From contig NC_057714.1 in NCBI RefSeq assembly GCF_004010195.1, positions 10,935,028 through 10,999,027 of the forward strand: a stretch of DNA of 64,000 nt, in the 5' to 3' direction. Positions 1-12,182 of this stretch are shown in pieces; position 1 is the first letter of the stretch; every line of letters starts with the position of its first letter. Source of the stretch: Chiloscyllium plagiosum (lineage: Eukaryota). A program made the position numbers and the translations under genes. Under the pieces are notes generated by a model. The model did no database searches, was not told the origin of the DNA, and worked only from the letters and a program-made list of their open reading frames with translations.

Positions 1-408
1 AGGGAGAGGCTGAACAGGCTGGGGCTGTTTTCCCTGGAGCATCGTAGGCTGAGGGGTGACCTTATAGAGGTTTACAAAAATTATGAGGGTCATAGTTAGG
101 ATAAATAGACAAAGTCTTTTCCCTGGGGTAGGGGGAGTCCAGAACTAGAGGGCATAGGTTTAGGTGGGAGGGGAAAGATAAAAAGGACCTCAGGGGCAAC
201 CTTTTCACACGGAGGGTGGTACGTGTATGGAATAAGCTGCCAGAGGAAGAAGTGGTGGAAGCATTTGGATGGGTATATGAATAGGAAGGGTTTGGAGGGA
301 TATGGGCCGGGTGCTGGCAGGTGGGACTAGATTGGGTTGTGATATCTGGTCGGCATGGACAGGTTGGACCGAAGGGTCTGTTTCCATGCTGTACATCTCT
401 ATGACTCT
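1..408 (+). mobile_element. CR1/HER1 LINE 3' end (ORF2 C-terminus and 3' UTR), cut by the window edge
   Basis: Encodes a RLRGDLIEVYK...FFTRRVVRVWNKLPE-type ORF2 tail and ends in ...gtttccatgctgtacatctctatgactcta. Near-identical to 10070-10503. Confidence 0.93.
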
Positions 409-733
409 AATATGATCTCTTTCCAAAACATCACTATATATTTCGCCAAGTTCCCCAACTTCCATGCTCTTGTCCACAATAAATACTGACCCATGAAATC
501 TTCTATTTAGCAGATGCCAGAAATTCTTCTAAAGAGGTGGTATGTCAAAGGATAGTGTGTGAAAAGGGCCGAAATCACAATAAATTTACAAACAATACTT
601 TATAAGCAGTATTGACAAGAGATGAAAGCAAATAACTTAGGGTCAAAACAGTAGCTAGGCATAATAAGAGTAATTTGTAGCAGAATTTTTTTAAAAACTG
701 ATAGTAATAACTAATTTCTTCTAAAGGGCTTAC

Positions 734-817
734 CATTGAGGTAAAAGTGCCAACGAAAAGAAACATGAATAACCTTTTTAAGCCACGGATTGGAATTCAT
801 GTTAAAATAATCTTCAT
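734..817 (-). CDS. Candidate 84-nt exon of an unidentified minus-strand host gene (phase 1/1)
   Basis: Minus strand: strong acceptor gtcttttttttaggctttttctctgcag, then 84 nt, then donor ATG|GTAAGC. Only one frame is open across the exon: (x)EDYFNMNSNPWLKKVIHVSFRWHFYLN(x). Confidence 0.5.
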
Positions 818-1904
818 CTGCAGAGAAAAAGCCTAAAAAAAAGACACACGAGAAGGTAATTCTGTGCTTTGCTTCCCATACATCTTAACCATTTCCCTTT
901 AACAATGAAAATTCTGTCGTCATCTATTTTTTGTCGACTGCAAATACAGAAAGGAATGTTGCAACCAACAACAGCATAACTATCAAACAAAATATGGCAA
1001 AATGACAGAAGGAGCATTCCTAGGGCAAGATATCCAAAAAAGGAAGTGCACTATATCTTGAAAACATAGTTACATAACTGATCCTCATCAAATCAATTTT
1101 GAAAAGGTTTGCACAGGTTTAAATTCAAAATGTGAACAAATAAACACAGACTTCTACACTTCATGTTATCAAAAAGCTTTGAAATCTTTTAACAACCACT
1201 CAACGTAGCCTGGATAAAAGTTCTTTTTTAAAAAAAAACTGCTTTGTAGCGTAGTGGCCAAGTAGAAATTGATGTTGTTCTCTGACAAGAATGCTGCAGG
1301 CAGCTCAACTTCATACAATTCACTAACTCATCAGTTCAAACTCATATTTCCAATAAATCATGTTTATGAGATCATAGAATAAAAGTGAAGGAATTACCAT
1401 CAACCAACCATTGGACTGGCAGAATGGACTAATGCTATATATTCTATTTGAACGTTAAAACAAAATACTCAGTTTCTAAGTAGGGAAAGCACTGATAAGT
1501 GAAAAATGTTAAACAAGGAGGTTTTCACTCTTAGATTTATTGTTCAACTTTAATACATCATTATATTGGAATGCTGAACTTTGTGCTTCAAATAACTTTC
1601 CACGTGAATATTAAGTAGGATGGAAGGGGTTAACATTATAAGTACAATATTACCTTTCACAGACACTGATCATAACTCTGGTAGTTCACCCAAATACATA
1701 TTCTTCTACTGTGAATAGTGATAGCTTCCTCAACGATAACATAATCCTGACTTCATCCATATGGATACTTTCTTGCATAGGTCACTGGACAGCAGACAGC
1801 TTATTTTTCCTTACAGGATTTAAAAAACATTAGTATTCCCGCATCATTTTGGTTAAGCTCAGTATCTCAATAAAGAGCTGACCAAATGTGGCACACTCAT
1901 AATT

Positions 1905-2227
1905 GGGGCAGCTCAGTGGTTAGCACTGCTGCCTCACAGCGCTAGGGACCTGGGTTCGATTCCAGCCTTGGGTGACTGCGTGTGGAGTTTATACATTCTC
2001 TCCATGTCTGCGTGGGTTTGCTCCAGTTTCCTCCTATAGTCCAAAGATGTGCAGGTTAGGTGGATCAGCAATGCTGAATTACCTATAGTGTCCAGGTATG
2101 TGTAAGTGAGGTGCATTAGTCTGGGGTAAATGTAGAGTAATAGGGTCTGGGTGGGTTACTCTTCGCAGCATCGGTGTGGAATTGTTGGACTGAATGGCCT
2201 GTTTCCACACTGTAGGGATTCTATGAT
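1905..2227 (+). mobile_element. HE1-type SINE (tRNA-derived head, HER1-derived tail)
   Basis: A-box-like gctcagtggttagcactgctgcc, B-box gggttcgattcc, core ccaaagatgtgcaggttagg, tail ggcctgtttccacactgtagggattctatg resembling the CR1/HER1 3' ends. Confidence 0.9.
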
Positions 2228-5200
2228 AAGGCAAGCAGCTCCAAAGAGGAACTGACCATCAGAATATCAGAAAGCTTGAGAAACAAACATAAATATTTAA
2301 TGTTTAATTTAAATAAAATCACTTCAACAATCTGCTGAATGCAAGAACCTATACAAACTAGTTTTCTGGAGATCTACTGTTTGACAAACTGATGTTCTAA
2401 TCTTGCAGGTTCCACAAAACAATTTAAAGCTGATCTTTATTCAGTCTCTTCAATTCTAATGCCTGTATTACTCATTATAAAGCATATATGTTCCAACCAG
2501 TTCCATTCTAAAATAGCATCTGTGGTCCTAAGACCCAAATTTCATGTAAAAAAAAACAAGCCTACCATTTTGAACACCTACCACTAGATCCTTTTCAAAA
2601 TGTCACATTAATAAAGCAATTAATTTTATTTTTAGGCTGTTACTGTTCTGTTAACACCGTGCAAAATGCACACGTTGGACGAAACACATATCAAGTATGG
2701 ATTAAACCATACTGAGAAACCAAGTGCTCAGTGGTTCACAAGAAAACAAATGACTAGAAAAGGTTTCTCTTTTGCCCCTGTAGGGTTTCTCACCCAAAGG
2801 AGTGATTCAGCAAGGGGAAGAGTGACAGCTTCCCTATTAGGTTGTAACTACTGCAAATGCTGCCAGGGAGAGAGGATACTTAGAAAAGATTGTTTTACCA
2901 CTTTGTTTTTTTTTCCCTAATGGGCAACAAAGAGCAAGAGTACTCTTCCCAACCCGACATGGAATCCTCAGACGTTCCCCTTCCCCGTCCCATTCTTCTT
3001 CTCATATCTCCAACACCATCTTTTGCTGGAAGCTTGAAACTTCAGTCCCAGGCAGTGACTTCCTCTTAACAAGTTTTTTTGGTCAATTTTATCAGCAAGT
3101 GACACATTTGCTATTAGAGCTGGCCATGCTTATCCGTTGTTCATCCCAAATGGGTGACTACTCACTTTACCATATCTCTAATCAACAATTAAAAGGGAGT
3201 ATGGACTTTGTGACTAGCAAGCAATATACCTTAAACCAGTCTGCCCCAAAGGATTAGACTAGTGCATTTGGCACTTTTTTTTTAAAAAATGACAAAACAG
3301 AAGACACACTATTTAAATGTTTTTATAACAAACATAGTTCCACACGTTTCAATTGTAAATCTCAAAAATACAAGTGAAAGTGGCCCACAATAACAAAGAT
3401 TTCAAGACATTTGACTGAAGTCATTGCATCCCAGAATTTTCAATCTCAGTTGTGCTGTTAGCAATTGGATTGAGAATACATGCTTTCCAACTGCAAATGG
3501 TGTGGTTGGTGAAGGAGGGGGGAGAGGAGAGGCGTTTAAAAGAGATACTTCAAGGTGTGCCATGTGCTAGAACAGTCGTTCTCAGAGTTGTAAGCTGCCT
3601 GCTTGCTAGGTCACAGGATAACGTGGAACAAAAAACAGAAAATGGACAAAAACACTTAAGTACGCAGTTACTTTTATTATTCATCGTTTTTGCAACTGAT
3701 CAACTTTCAAAAGGAAAAAGGGAGGAAGGACAAGATAGAACATGAAAATGAGGGTTATAATTTAACAGCAACAGAAAGTTCTTATTTGAATACCACCCGC
3801 CTACACATACAGTTATGACTGCCATATTGAACCACATACTCCATCATGACTAAATCAGACAAGGGAAATTTTCAAAATAATTTTTACGAAACTGGTAAAA
3901 AGAAAACAGTCCCTTTAAAGTACAAAATGACAGATTCTGTGGTAAAAACGAAAAGTGAAACACAACATTCTGAATCAATGCGGCACTCTTCACAATTAAA
4001 AATTCACCATTAACAGAGGGAATTTCCAGTAAAGTTTTTTTTAAATTAGTTCAACAGGCTACCTGGATGCAAATTTGCAAGCATTGTATGTGTGAGAGCT
4101 TATATCCATGACAATGGGCCAAAAGCTATCATACCTACAAAATATTATGCTGATGGAATGACCAAACAAAGGATTAAAATTTACCCACACTGTTAAATTC
4201 TACCACAAAGCAAATTAGGAGCAAAATGTGTCCAATCATTAACACCTAGTTGCATGTAGAAAAAAAGGTCCAAAGTCATTGCATAAAGTAATAGTCAGGA
4301 TTAACAAAACAAGCTAAACCAAATGGAGGTAGCGATGAATGGCCAAACCTTCTTTGTTTAAGCATTTTAAAGAATATCTTAAAATGAGATGGGAAGTGGA
4401 GCAAGAGGAGTTGAATATGGAGGAAAATCTGAAAATGTAGGTGCTGTGCTGCAAAAGACACAGGAAACAATATTATAGCAAACAGAATGCATGTATGCAC
4501 GAGAGGTAGATGCATATTCATGTCGTTCACAGGACAATGTAAAATGAAGGTGGGACGAAGGCTATGGAGGGATTTTAATGCAAAAAAATGAGAAATGAAG
4601 GCCAACAGGGACATGTGCTTTTGGGAGAAATTTCAATGAAGTGTAATATGGGACATAACATTCTGATTGAGCCAAAATTTACACAGAATGTACTATGTGC
4701 CTTGTAGGAGAGTAGAAGAGGAATAGTTGAGTCCGAGAATGCATGGGTCTGCGTCTTTATGTGTATCTGCATGTGCAAATATGGGCTTAGAAACTGGATT
4801 TAGAGATTATTCTGAGTGTAAGAGAATAGTGATCATTTTACAGGATGAGTAATCCTGAGAGACTAGACTATTAATCTGGAGACATGAATTTAAATACCAC
4901 TATGACAGCTAGGGAATCTAAACTAAATGAATAAATCTAGATTTAAAAAAAAAACTAGTACCAGTAATGCTAACCATAAAACTATTAAGTCATTAACAAC
5001 ATCTCTATTTCAAAAACCTCATTTAGATGAAGGAAGCGGCCAGTTATGTGGTTCTGGTCTACAGCATGACTCCAAACCCTCAGAAATAGCAAGGCACTCA
5101 AATGAATCAAAAATATGACAAACAGTGGACCAATACTGGATGAACCACCTGCTTCAATTAGCTTCTGAATGTGGACAGAACAAAGATACACCCAAGCCAC

Positions 5201-5825
5201 TCAATTCCATAAAGTCCTCCTCAACCACATCTGGAGACTTAAATCAAAACTGGGACAGCAAAGCTTGATGTATTCATAGTCAATGAATCATAGTTTACAG
5301 TCAATGAATCAGCCACCTCTTCCCTGGTTACGACCCATGCCGTCAAAACAGACCTATAAGAAGTGACAACATAAAACCAAGAGAGTGGGTGGTTCTGAGA
5401 GCCTGTAATATTGACTCCAGACAGCATGAGGTCTCATGGGCATCAGATAAGGAAACTTCTGGTTTATTACCACCGACTGCCTTTCCTCAGCAAATGAATA
5501 TACAAATCTGTATCCTACACACTTGGAAGGACTGAGTGTAGATAGGGCATAGACTGTATTTTGGCTGGATGGTTTTGATGCACAGCCTCAACAATGACTT
5601 GATCATACAACTGATGACAAGGCCCTGAAGGGCATCGCTACCAGTCAGGGCTTATGACACTTCATGGCAGATCTTACACAAAGAAGAAATGTAGTCAACC
5701 TCATCCTCATAAGCTTGGTATGAGTGAACATGGTGAAAATGCAATCCCATCTACACACTAAGGTCAATCTGTGGCACGTGTGCTATTACCACTTTGTTAA
5801 GTGGGATATATTTAGTACAAATTTA

Positions 5826-6052
5826 AAGTTGATAGAGTGTGGTGCTGGAAAAAGCACAGCAGGTCAGACAGCAGCCGAGGAGTAAGAGAGTTGATGTTTC
5901 GGGCATAACCCTTCCTCAGGTCCTGATGAAGGGTTATGCCTGAAATGTTGACTCTCTTGCTCCTCAGATGCTGCCTGACCTGCTGTGCTTTTTCCAGCGC
6001 CACACATTATCGACTCTGACTCTCCAGGTTCTGCAGTCCTCACTATGTCCTC
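5826..6052. mobile_element. Penelope-like non-autonomous inverted-repeat element, family A, with degenerate hammerhead cores
   Basis: Imperfect inverted repeat centred at ~5920. CTGATGA-AGGGTTATGCCT-GAAA at 5923-5945. 12-bp TSD agtacaaattta (5814-5825 and 6053-6064). Confidence 0.85.
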
Positions 6053-6387
6053 AGTACAAATTTACCTAACCACAACTGGACATCAACGAGGTGCAGACAG
6101 CCTCAGCAGCAACAGAGTTGTAAGTTACCACAATTATTAAGCTAATGCCCCAGCATAGTTCTCAATGTACCATAATCCTCAAGCAGGCATTCAATCATGG
6201 TTCAATAAGCAACACAGAGGGGTCCATCAGGATCTGTACCAGGTACACCTAAAAATGAGGCTTCAACTTGGTAATGAGAGAGTGATATGCATAGTTAATC
6301 ATGATAATAGCATGCTGCTGCGACTGAGCTTGGAAGAGTGTGCCAAACACTTTCCAGTCCCATCGCCCACTTTAAATTTAACCATAG

Positions 6388-6608
6388 TCAGCATGGTGGC
6401 TCAGTGATTAGTACTGCTGCCTTATAGCGCATGGGACCTGGGTTTGATTCCACCCTGGGGTGACTGTTTGTGTGGAATTTGTATATTCTCCCTGAGTCTG
6501 GGTGGAGTTTTTCTGAGTGTTCCAGCTTTCTTCCACAGTCAGAAGATATGCAGGTTAGATGGATTGGCCATGCTAAATGTCCTGCTTCCACACTATAGAG
6601 ATTCTATG
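6388..6608 (+). mobile_element. HE1-type SINE (internally deleted)
   Basis: Head ggtggctcagtgattagtactgctgcc, B-box gggtttgattcc, tail ttccacactatagagattctatg. Confidence 0.88.
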
Positions 6609-7727
6609 TTGATGAAAAGGCCAACAACATAGTTCGCAGACTGTATCTGATTTTGTATTAAAAACTGTTCAGCCAGTTTCCTTTAATCAACAACTAATAA
6701 CAAGTTTATTACAAATAAACAAATGAATATGCAAAGATTGTTGAAGTAAAAATATTTAGGCTGCACAAGGATAGAACAGACTCCTATTCTAACATCTCAA
6801 ACTTAACTATCAACAAATAGGGGGAAGAGGATCCATGAATGATCATCAATGATGGGGAAGTCCCACACATTCAGTGCAAAAGGCAAGTTAGAAGCATTTG
6901 ACCATCTTCACTCAGAAATACCAAGTAGATGGCCCATTTCAGTCCTTAATTTGCTCATCATTAAAGATGTTAGTCATCGGACAATTCACTTCACGTGTAC
7001 CAGCTGAAGGCACTAGATAGTTCAAAGGTTGTGAGCCCCAGAACATTCCAACTCCGTGCTGACAACTTTTTGGCCAAAGGTGAAACTAGGTCTGGAGACG
7101 TCAGCAATGACACTAACACATATCTGAACACACAGTGGAAAATGATCCATTTACTTCCTGCCCAAATCAAAATCATCATAATACCAATCCAGTCATACAC
7201 TCTCAATCAGCAAAAATGTGATGAAAAGGGCCACCAATAGCCCTGTCAGGGATTGGATACTCACCATTGCTTAGTTCATGTTCTGCAAGGACCACTTAGC
7301 TCCAAACCTCATTACAGACTTTGTTCAAACACAAACAGAACAGCTAACTTTCAGAGGTGAAGTGCAAGTGACAGTGACTGCCTCTGACAACAAGGCAACA
7401 CTCGATCAAGTGTGGCCTCAAGGAGGCTGAGCAAAACTGAAGTCGATGGGAATCAAGAGAAAAATTCTCCACTTCACTGGAGTTATGCCAAGTACAACTA
7501 GAAAAGGTTTGTAGTTACTGAAGGCCAATTATCTCAATATCAGGACATCACTGCAGAAGTTCCTCATGGCACTGTCCCACTCTAAGCATCTTCTGTTGCT
7601 TCAGCAATGACTTGCCTCTTTTTTTAAGGTCAGAAGTGGGAATGTTCTCTATTGATTGCATAATGTTCAGTTCTGTTTACATTTTCTCAGATAATGAAGC
7701 AGTCAGTGATTGCTTGTTAAAAAAAGA

Positions 7728-8008
7728 ATGAGAGCACAGGTTTAAAAAGTGATGTGCAACTAAAGCAAAGGCGATGGAGAAAGAACTTTCTCACACAACA
7801 AGTATTTGCAGTTTGGAGTGCATTACCTGGAAAGGTGATAGAGGCAGGTTCAATTAAGGCATTCAAGAAGGTATTGGACAATTATTTGGATAGAAATGGA
7901 TATGGGCAAAAGCCATATGGGCAAAAGCCAGGAGAATGGCACTAAGTAACAGAACTAGTACAGACATGATGCGTCAGACAGCCTCCTTCTGTGCCATAAC
8001 AATGTTGT
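7728..8008 (+). mobile_element. CR1 LINE 3' fragment nested in the older LINE
   Basis: ORF 7754-7945 reads RKNFLTQQVFAVWSALPGKVIEAGSIKAFKKVLDNYL, the CR1 ORF2 C-terminal motif, followed by a 3' UTR. Confidence 0.85.
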
Positions 8009-9111
8009 CAAGACATAATTTTAGGCTTGAGCTCATTAATGGCAAGTAGCACTTAATCCATTTCAAGTGCCGACAATGAGTCTTATCCCCGACATTGAAT
8101 CACATTACCATCATCAAATTCCCCCATCAACAACATTTCTGGACTATCACTGACCACAAACTTACAAGGTCATCCATCTCAAAACAGATGGGATGGTATG
8201 TACTATAGGACAGGCAACTCACCTCGACTCCTGAAAGCCTGTTCCCCCATCTACAAAGCACAAGTGTCACTAATGTCAGGGCTTTCCACTTGTCAAGAAG
8301 AGTGCAGCTCCAACACTCAAAAAGCTTGCATCATCCAGGGCGAAGGAACCTTAAAACACTCACTCCAACTCTGGAGCACCTTATCAGCTGTGTGCAATAT
8401 CAATGTCACACAGCACTTCGACTCATCAACATTTTCCAAATAGTACCATCCAAGCCCACAAACTCAATTATTTAGAAGGACAAGGATAACATCTGCATGG
8501 GAACATCATAATCTTCAATTACCCCTCCAAGCCTTACTCTGTTGCCATCACTTCAATTTCATTTGGTCAAAATCCTGGGATTCTCTAAGAGTGCTGTGGG
8601 AATATTTTCACTACAGATAGCAGTAGTTGAAGGCGATAGCTCACTGTTATCTTCCTGAGGGCAGTCAGAGGAGGGACATTAACAGAGATGACCACATTCC
8701 ATGAATGAAAATTAAAAAGAATATCCAAACTTGCAAGCAATGTGACTCATCCTACAACAATAAATGGGGGCGGGAAATAGACTGAATACAAAGCACCAGA
8801 ATAATGGTATCACAATGTTTAGCTGAAGGAAATGTTTGTTCCAAGACTGGAGGTGGACAACCAATCTGACAGCACAGAAATGGAACACAGATAATCATAT
8901 CAACATGTGCGTGATATCAAATTGGAAACTTATTACATCACTGAGGACTTTCCATTATCTAACAGAAATCAGGCTGCACTCAACAAAAATGAATAAAGGT
9001 GTTTATCAACTGATATTTACACATCCAACCTCTTCAACGCGCCAAATATCTGTCTCAACTCCCCGAGTTTCCAAAAGAATAAGAACTAGATCTGTAGTGT
9101 TCTTGATATTT

Positions 9112-10503
9112 AGTCACAGGTGAGGTGCCGGGAGACTGGAGGTTGGCTAACCTGGTGCCTCTATTTCGAAAGATGGTAAGGACAAGCCAGGGAACTATAG
9201 ACCAGTGATCCCAATATTGGTGGTGGGCAACTTATTGAAGGGAATCCTGAGGGACAGGATGTACATGTATTTGGAAAGGCAAGGACTGATTAGGGATAGT
9301 CGACATGACTTTGTACGTGGGAAATCATGTCTCACAAACTTGATTGAGTTTTTTGAAGGAACAAAGAGGATTAATGAGGGCAGAGTGGTGGATGTGATCT
9401 ATATGGACTTCAGTAAGGCATACGACAAGGCTCCCCATGGGAGACTAGTTAGCAAGGTTAGATCTCACGGAATACAGGGAGAACTAGCCATTTGGATACA
9501 AAACTGGCTCAAAGGTAGTTTGCTGGAGGGTTGTTTTTTAGACTGGAGGCCTGTGACCAGTGGAGTGCCGGGTCCACTTCTTTTCATCATTTATATTAAT
9601 GATTTGGATGTGAGCATAAGAGGTACAATTACTACATTTGCAGATGACACCAAAATTGGAGGTGTAGTGGACAGTGAAGGAGGTTACTTTACGTTACAGA
9701 CGGGCTAAGTGGCAGATGGAGTTTAATTCAGATAAAATGCAAGGTACTGCATTTTGGGAAAGCAAATCTTGGCCGGACTTATACACTTAATGGCAAAGTC
9801 CTAGGGAGTGTTGCTGAACAAAGAGACCTTGGAGTGCAGGTTCATAGCTCCTTGAAAATGGAGTCACAGGTAGATAGGATAGTGAAGAAGGTGTTTGGTA
9901 TGCTTCCCGTTATTGGTCAGAGTATTGAATACAGGAGCTGAGAGATCATGTTGTGGCTGTACAGGACACTGGTTAGGCCACTGTTGGAATATTGTGTGCA
10001 ATTCTGGTCTTTTGAAAGGGTTCAGAAAAGAGTTACAAGGATGTTGCCAGGGTTGGAGGATTTGAGCTATAGGGAGAGGATGAATAGGCTGGGGCTGTTT
10101 TCCCTGGAGCGTCAGAGGCTGAGGGGTGACCTTATAGAGGTTTATAAAATCATGAGGGGCATGGATAGGTTAAATAGGCAAAGTCTTTTCCCTGGGGTGG
10201 GAGCATCCAGAAGTAGAGGGCATAGGTTTAGGGTGAGAGGGGAAAGATATAAAAGAGATCTAAGGGGCAACTTTTTCACGCAGAGGGTGGTACGTGTATG
10301 GAACAAGCTGCCAGAAGAAGTGGTGGAGGCTGGTACAATTGCAACATTTAAAAGCATTTGTATGGGTACATGAACAGGCAGGGTTTGGAGGGATATGGGC
10401 CAGGTGCTGGCAAGTGGGACTTGATTGGGTTGGGATATCTGGTCGGCATGGACAGGTTGGGCCGAATGGTCTGTTTCCGTGCTGTACATCTCTATGACTC
10501 TAT
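9112..10503 (+). mobile_element. 5'-truncated CR1/HER1 LINE (RT domain to 3' tail), frameshifted
   Basis: ORF 9205-9708 has KSCLTNLIEFF, VDVIYMDFSKAYDKAPH, GPLLFIIYINDL and FADDTKIGG. ORF 9948-10373 has LYRTLVRPLLEYCVQFW. Tail ctctatgactctat. Confidence 0.95.
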
Positions 10504-10569
10504 ACTATCAACGTTAAATTATCAAGACAGTAGCATGACTAAATGATAGACAACATGCAATCTCATGGA

Positions 10570-10585
10570 ATGCCATCTAGTGGCC
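10570..10585 (-). promoter_or_regulatory. Putative CTCF-binding motif
   Basis: Plus-strand tgccatctagtggcc is GGCCACTAGATGGCA on the minus strand, a close match to the CTCF core consensus, in unique sequence. Confidence 0.5.
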
Positions 10586-12064
10586 CTGCTCAGTACAGAC
10601 TACAGCATTTTGAAGCACCAGGTCAGAGGAATATACTAAAGCAAAGGATTATTCCAAACATTTCATAGGATTACGTAAAAGGCTATTCAATTTGAAGTAC
10701 CCCCGCCCCCTCAAATAATTTAGTTCAAAACATCCTCACTTCCACTTGTAGGGAAACAAATGCATCTCTAAAATTGTGGACAATTGCAAATCTTCCATGA
10801 CAACGCATTTTGCCGGTAGAGGGAAATTCCACTGATGAATGCCTATGAAATCAGTTCTTACTGTGAACTTAATTTGTTAGCTGTTGATCCCAGCACAATG
10901 ATGATGACTTGAAAAACTCCTGTTTCTGACCAGCCGGTGTTATACCAATAGCTAGATTTATTGCGATTAATGTGCCCAAGTAAATAAACACAAGCACTAC
11001 AAATGCCATTTCAATGGCTATTTACTGATGCAAACAGTAAAGGATTTTATTCTGTTAAAATGTTTCTGAAATTGGTGTCTGTCAGAATCTGATTTTTGAT
11101 ACCAGATCAAAGCACTGCTCTATTTGACCATCTGCACTTCAAATTTGTTAATTTAAAAAAAAGTGTAAAAGCATCATTTTCGGAAAGAGCAAATCTGTTT
11201 TTAAAAAAAACCCGCAATACAGTAAAAATATTTCAGCGATTTGTGAAGGTCAACAAGCAGACTCAAATTGAAAGCACACAGTGGATAGTATGAGTCATAC
11301 ATTGTTCACTTGCATTTGCATTCGGTGAAATCCCTGCACTAGACCAGAATTAGTAACAAGTGCACCACCTTGGGCTCCCATGGCGACAATGCTGGTCTAA
11401 ATTTAGACTCTTTTGTGATTTTCTTAAATAAATTCAAGCGTGAGAATTATGGGTGAAGATTGTATCTGTTCCTGTATTACTAAATTACTTGTGGACTAAT
11501 TCATTTCACTTAAAAAAAGAAATTGATATTCAGTATTATATTTAGAAATACCGGAAACTAGCTTTGTTGTTTCTAGAGTTCGATCTGTTGTATACAATCT
11601 TATGCCCATTAAAAACAAACAACCCTTTTCCCTTGCAAATTGAGATTTTGTTTGAGGCTTCACTGGCAAATTGACTAATTACTAAGCTGGATAATTCTGC
11701 TTGTTATCGGAGTTTCTTATTCCATAAAGTATGCAAATAAGCATATCAGTTGGGTAGATAATACGCATACTTTATAAAATTCCAAAAGCAACTTGAAAAG
11801 AAAAAATCAGTTTGCTTTATTACCAGCAATTCAAACCCAAAATAATTTACCAACTAATGTAATATTAGTACACTGTCATTCCCCAGAATAGTAGTAACAA
11901 TGGATGTTCCAAAACAAATAACATTAGAGGTGCATCTTTTGGCAGAAAGATTAGGACACTTTCTCCAGTACCTCTGGGAGACAGTGGTACCATGCGTAAA
12001 GTTAACATTTGTTTCCAATAACACTGACTCCAGAATGGTATTCTCAGCTAGACCAAGCACTTAC

Positions 12065-12182
12065 CCAAACTGCAAATGCAAGTAGCCTGAATTCCCACCA
12101 TTGGGAATAACCCAACAGCCAAAAACGACATTAATACTGTGAAATTTAATCCATTATGCAGGTGAAGGAAATTCCATTGCAT
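12065..12182 (-). CDS. Candidate alternative first coding exon (phase 1) with a hydrophobic, signal-like N-terminus
   Basis: ATG at 12182 is open to a strong donor TGG|GTAAGTG and encodes MQWNFLHLHNGLNFTVLMSFLAVGLFPMVGIQATCICSL(x). Lies in a TE-free island. Confidence 0.35.

Larger units (their letters stand above)
4835..8720 (+). mobile_element. Old fragmented LINE (CR1/L2 group) with a SINE-like 5' end; interrupted by younger insertions
   Basis: APE endonuclease remnants at ~5225-5720 (HIWRLKSKLG, LDVFIVNES, a W.GDFN-like stretch). RT remnants at ~7255-7720 (APNLITDFVQT, DQVWPQG, KLKSMGI). 3' tail accacattccatgaatgaaaattaaaaa at ~8690-8720. Confidence 0.7.

Noticed and set aside
1905-1970. 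tRNA genes at SINE heads (also 6388, 29064, 40190)
   Set aside because: A and B boxes are present but continue into SINE body and LINE-derived tail; no complete cloverleaf.
6642-7316. Possible solo LTR with TGT...ACA ends
   Set aside because: The right-hand end belongs to the host LINE RT (APNLITDFVQT) and there is no clean TSD. 6640-7255 remains unassigned.
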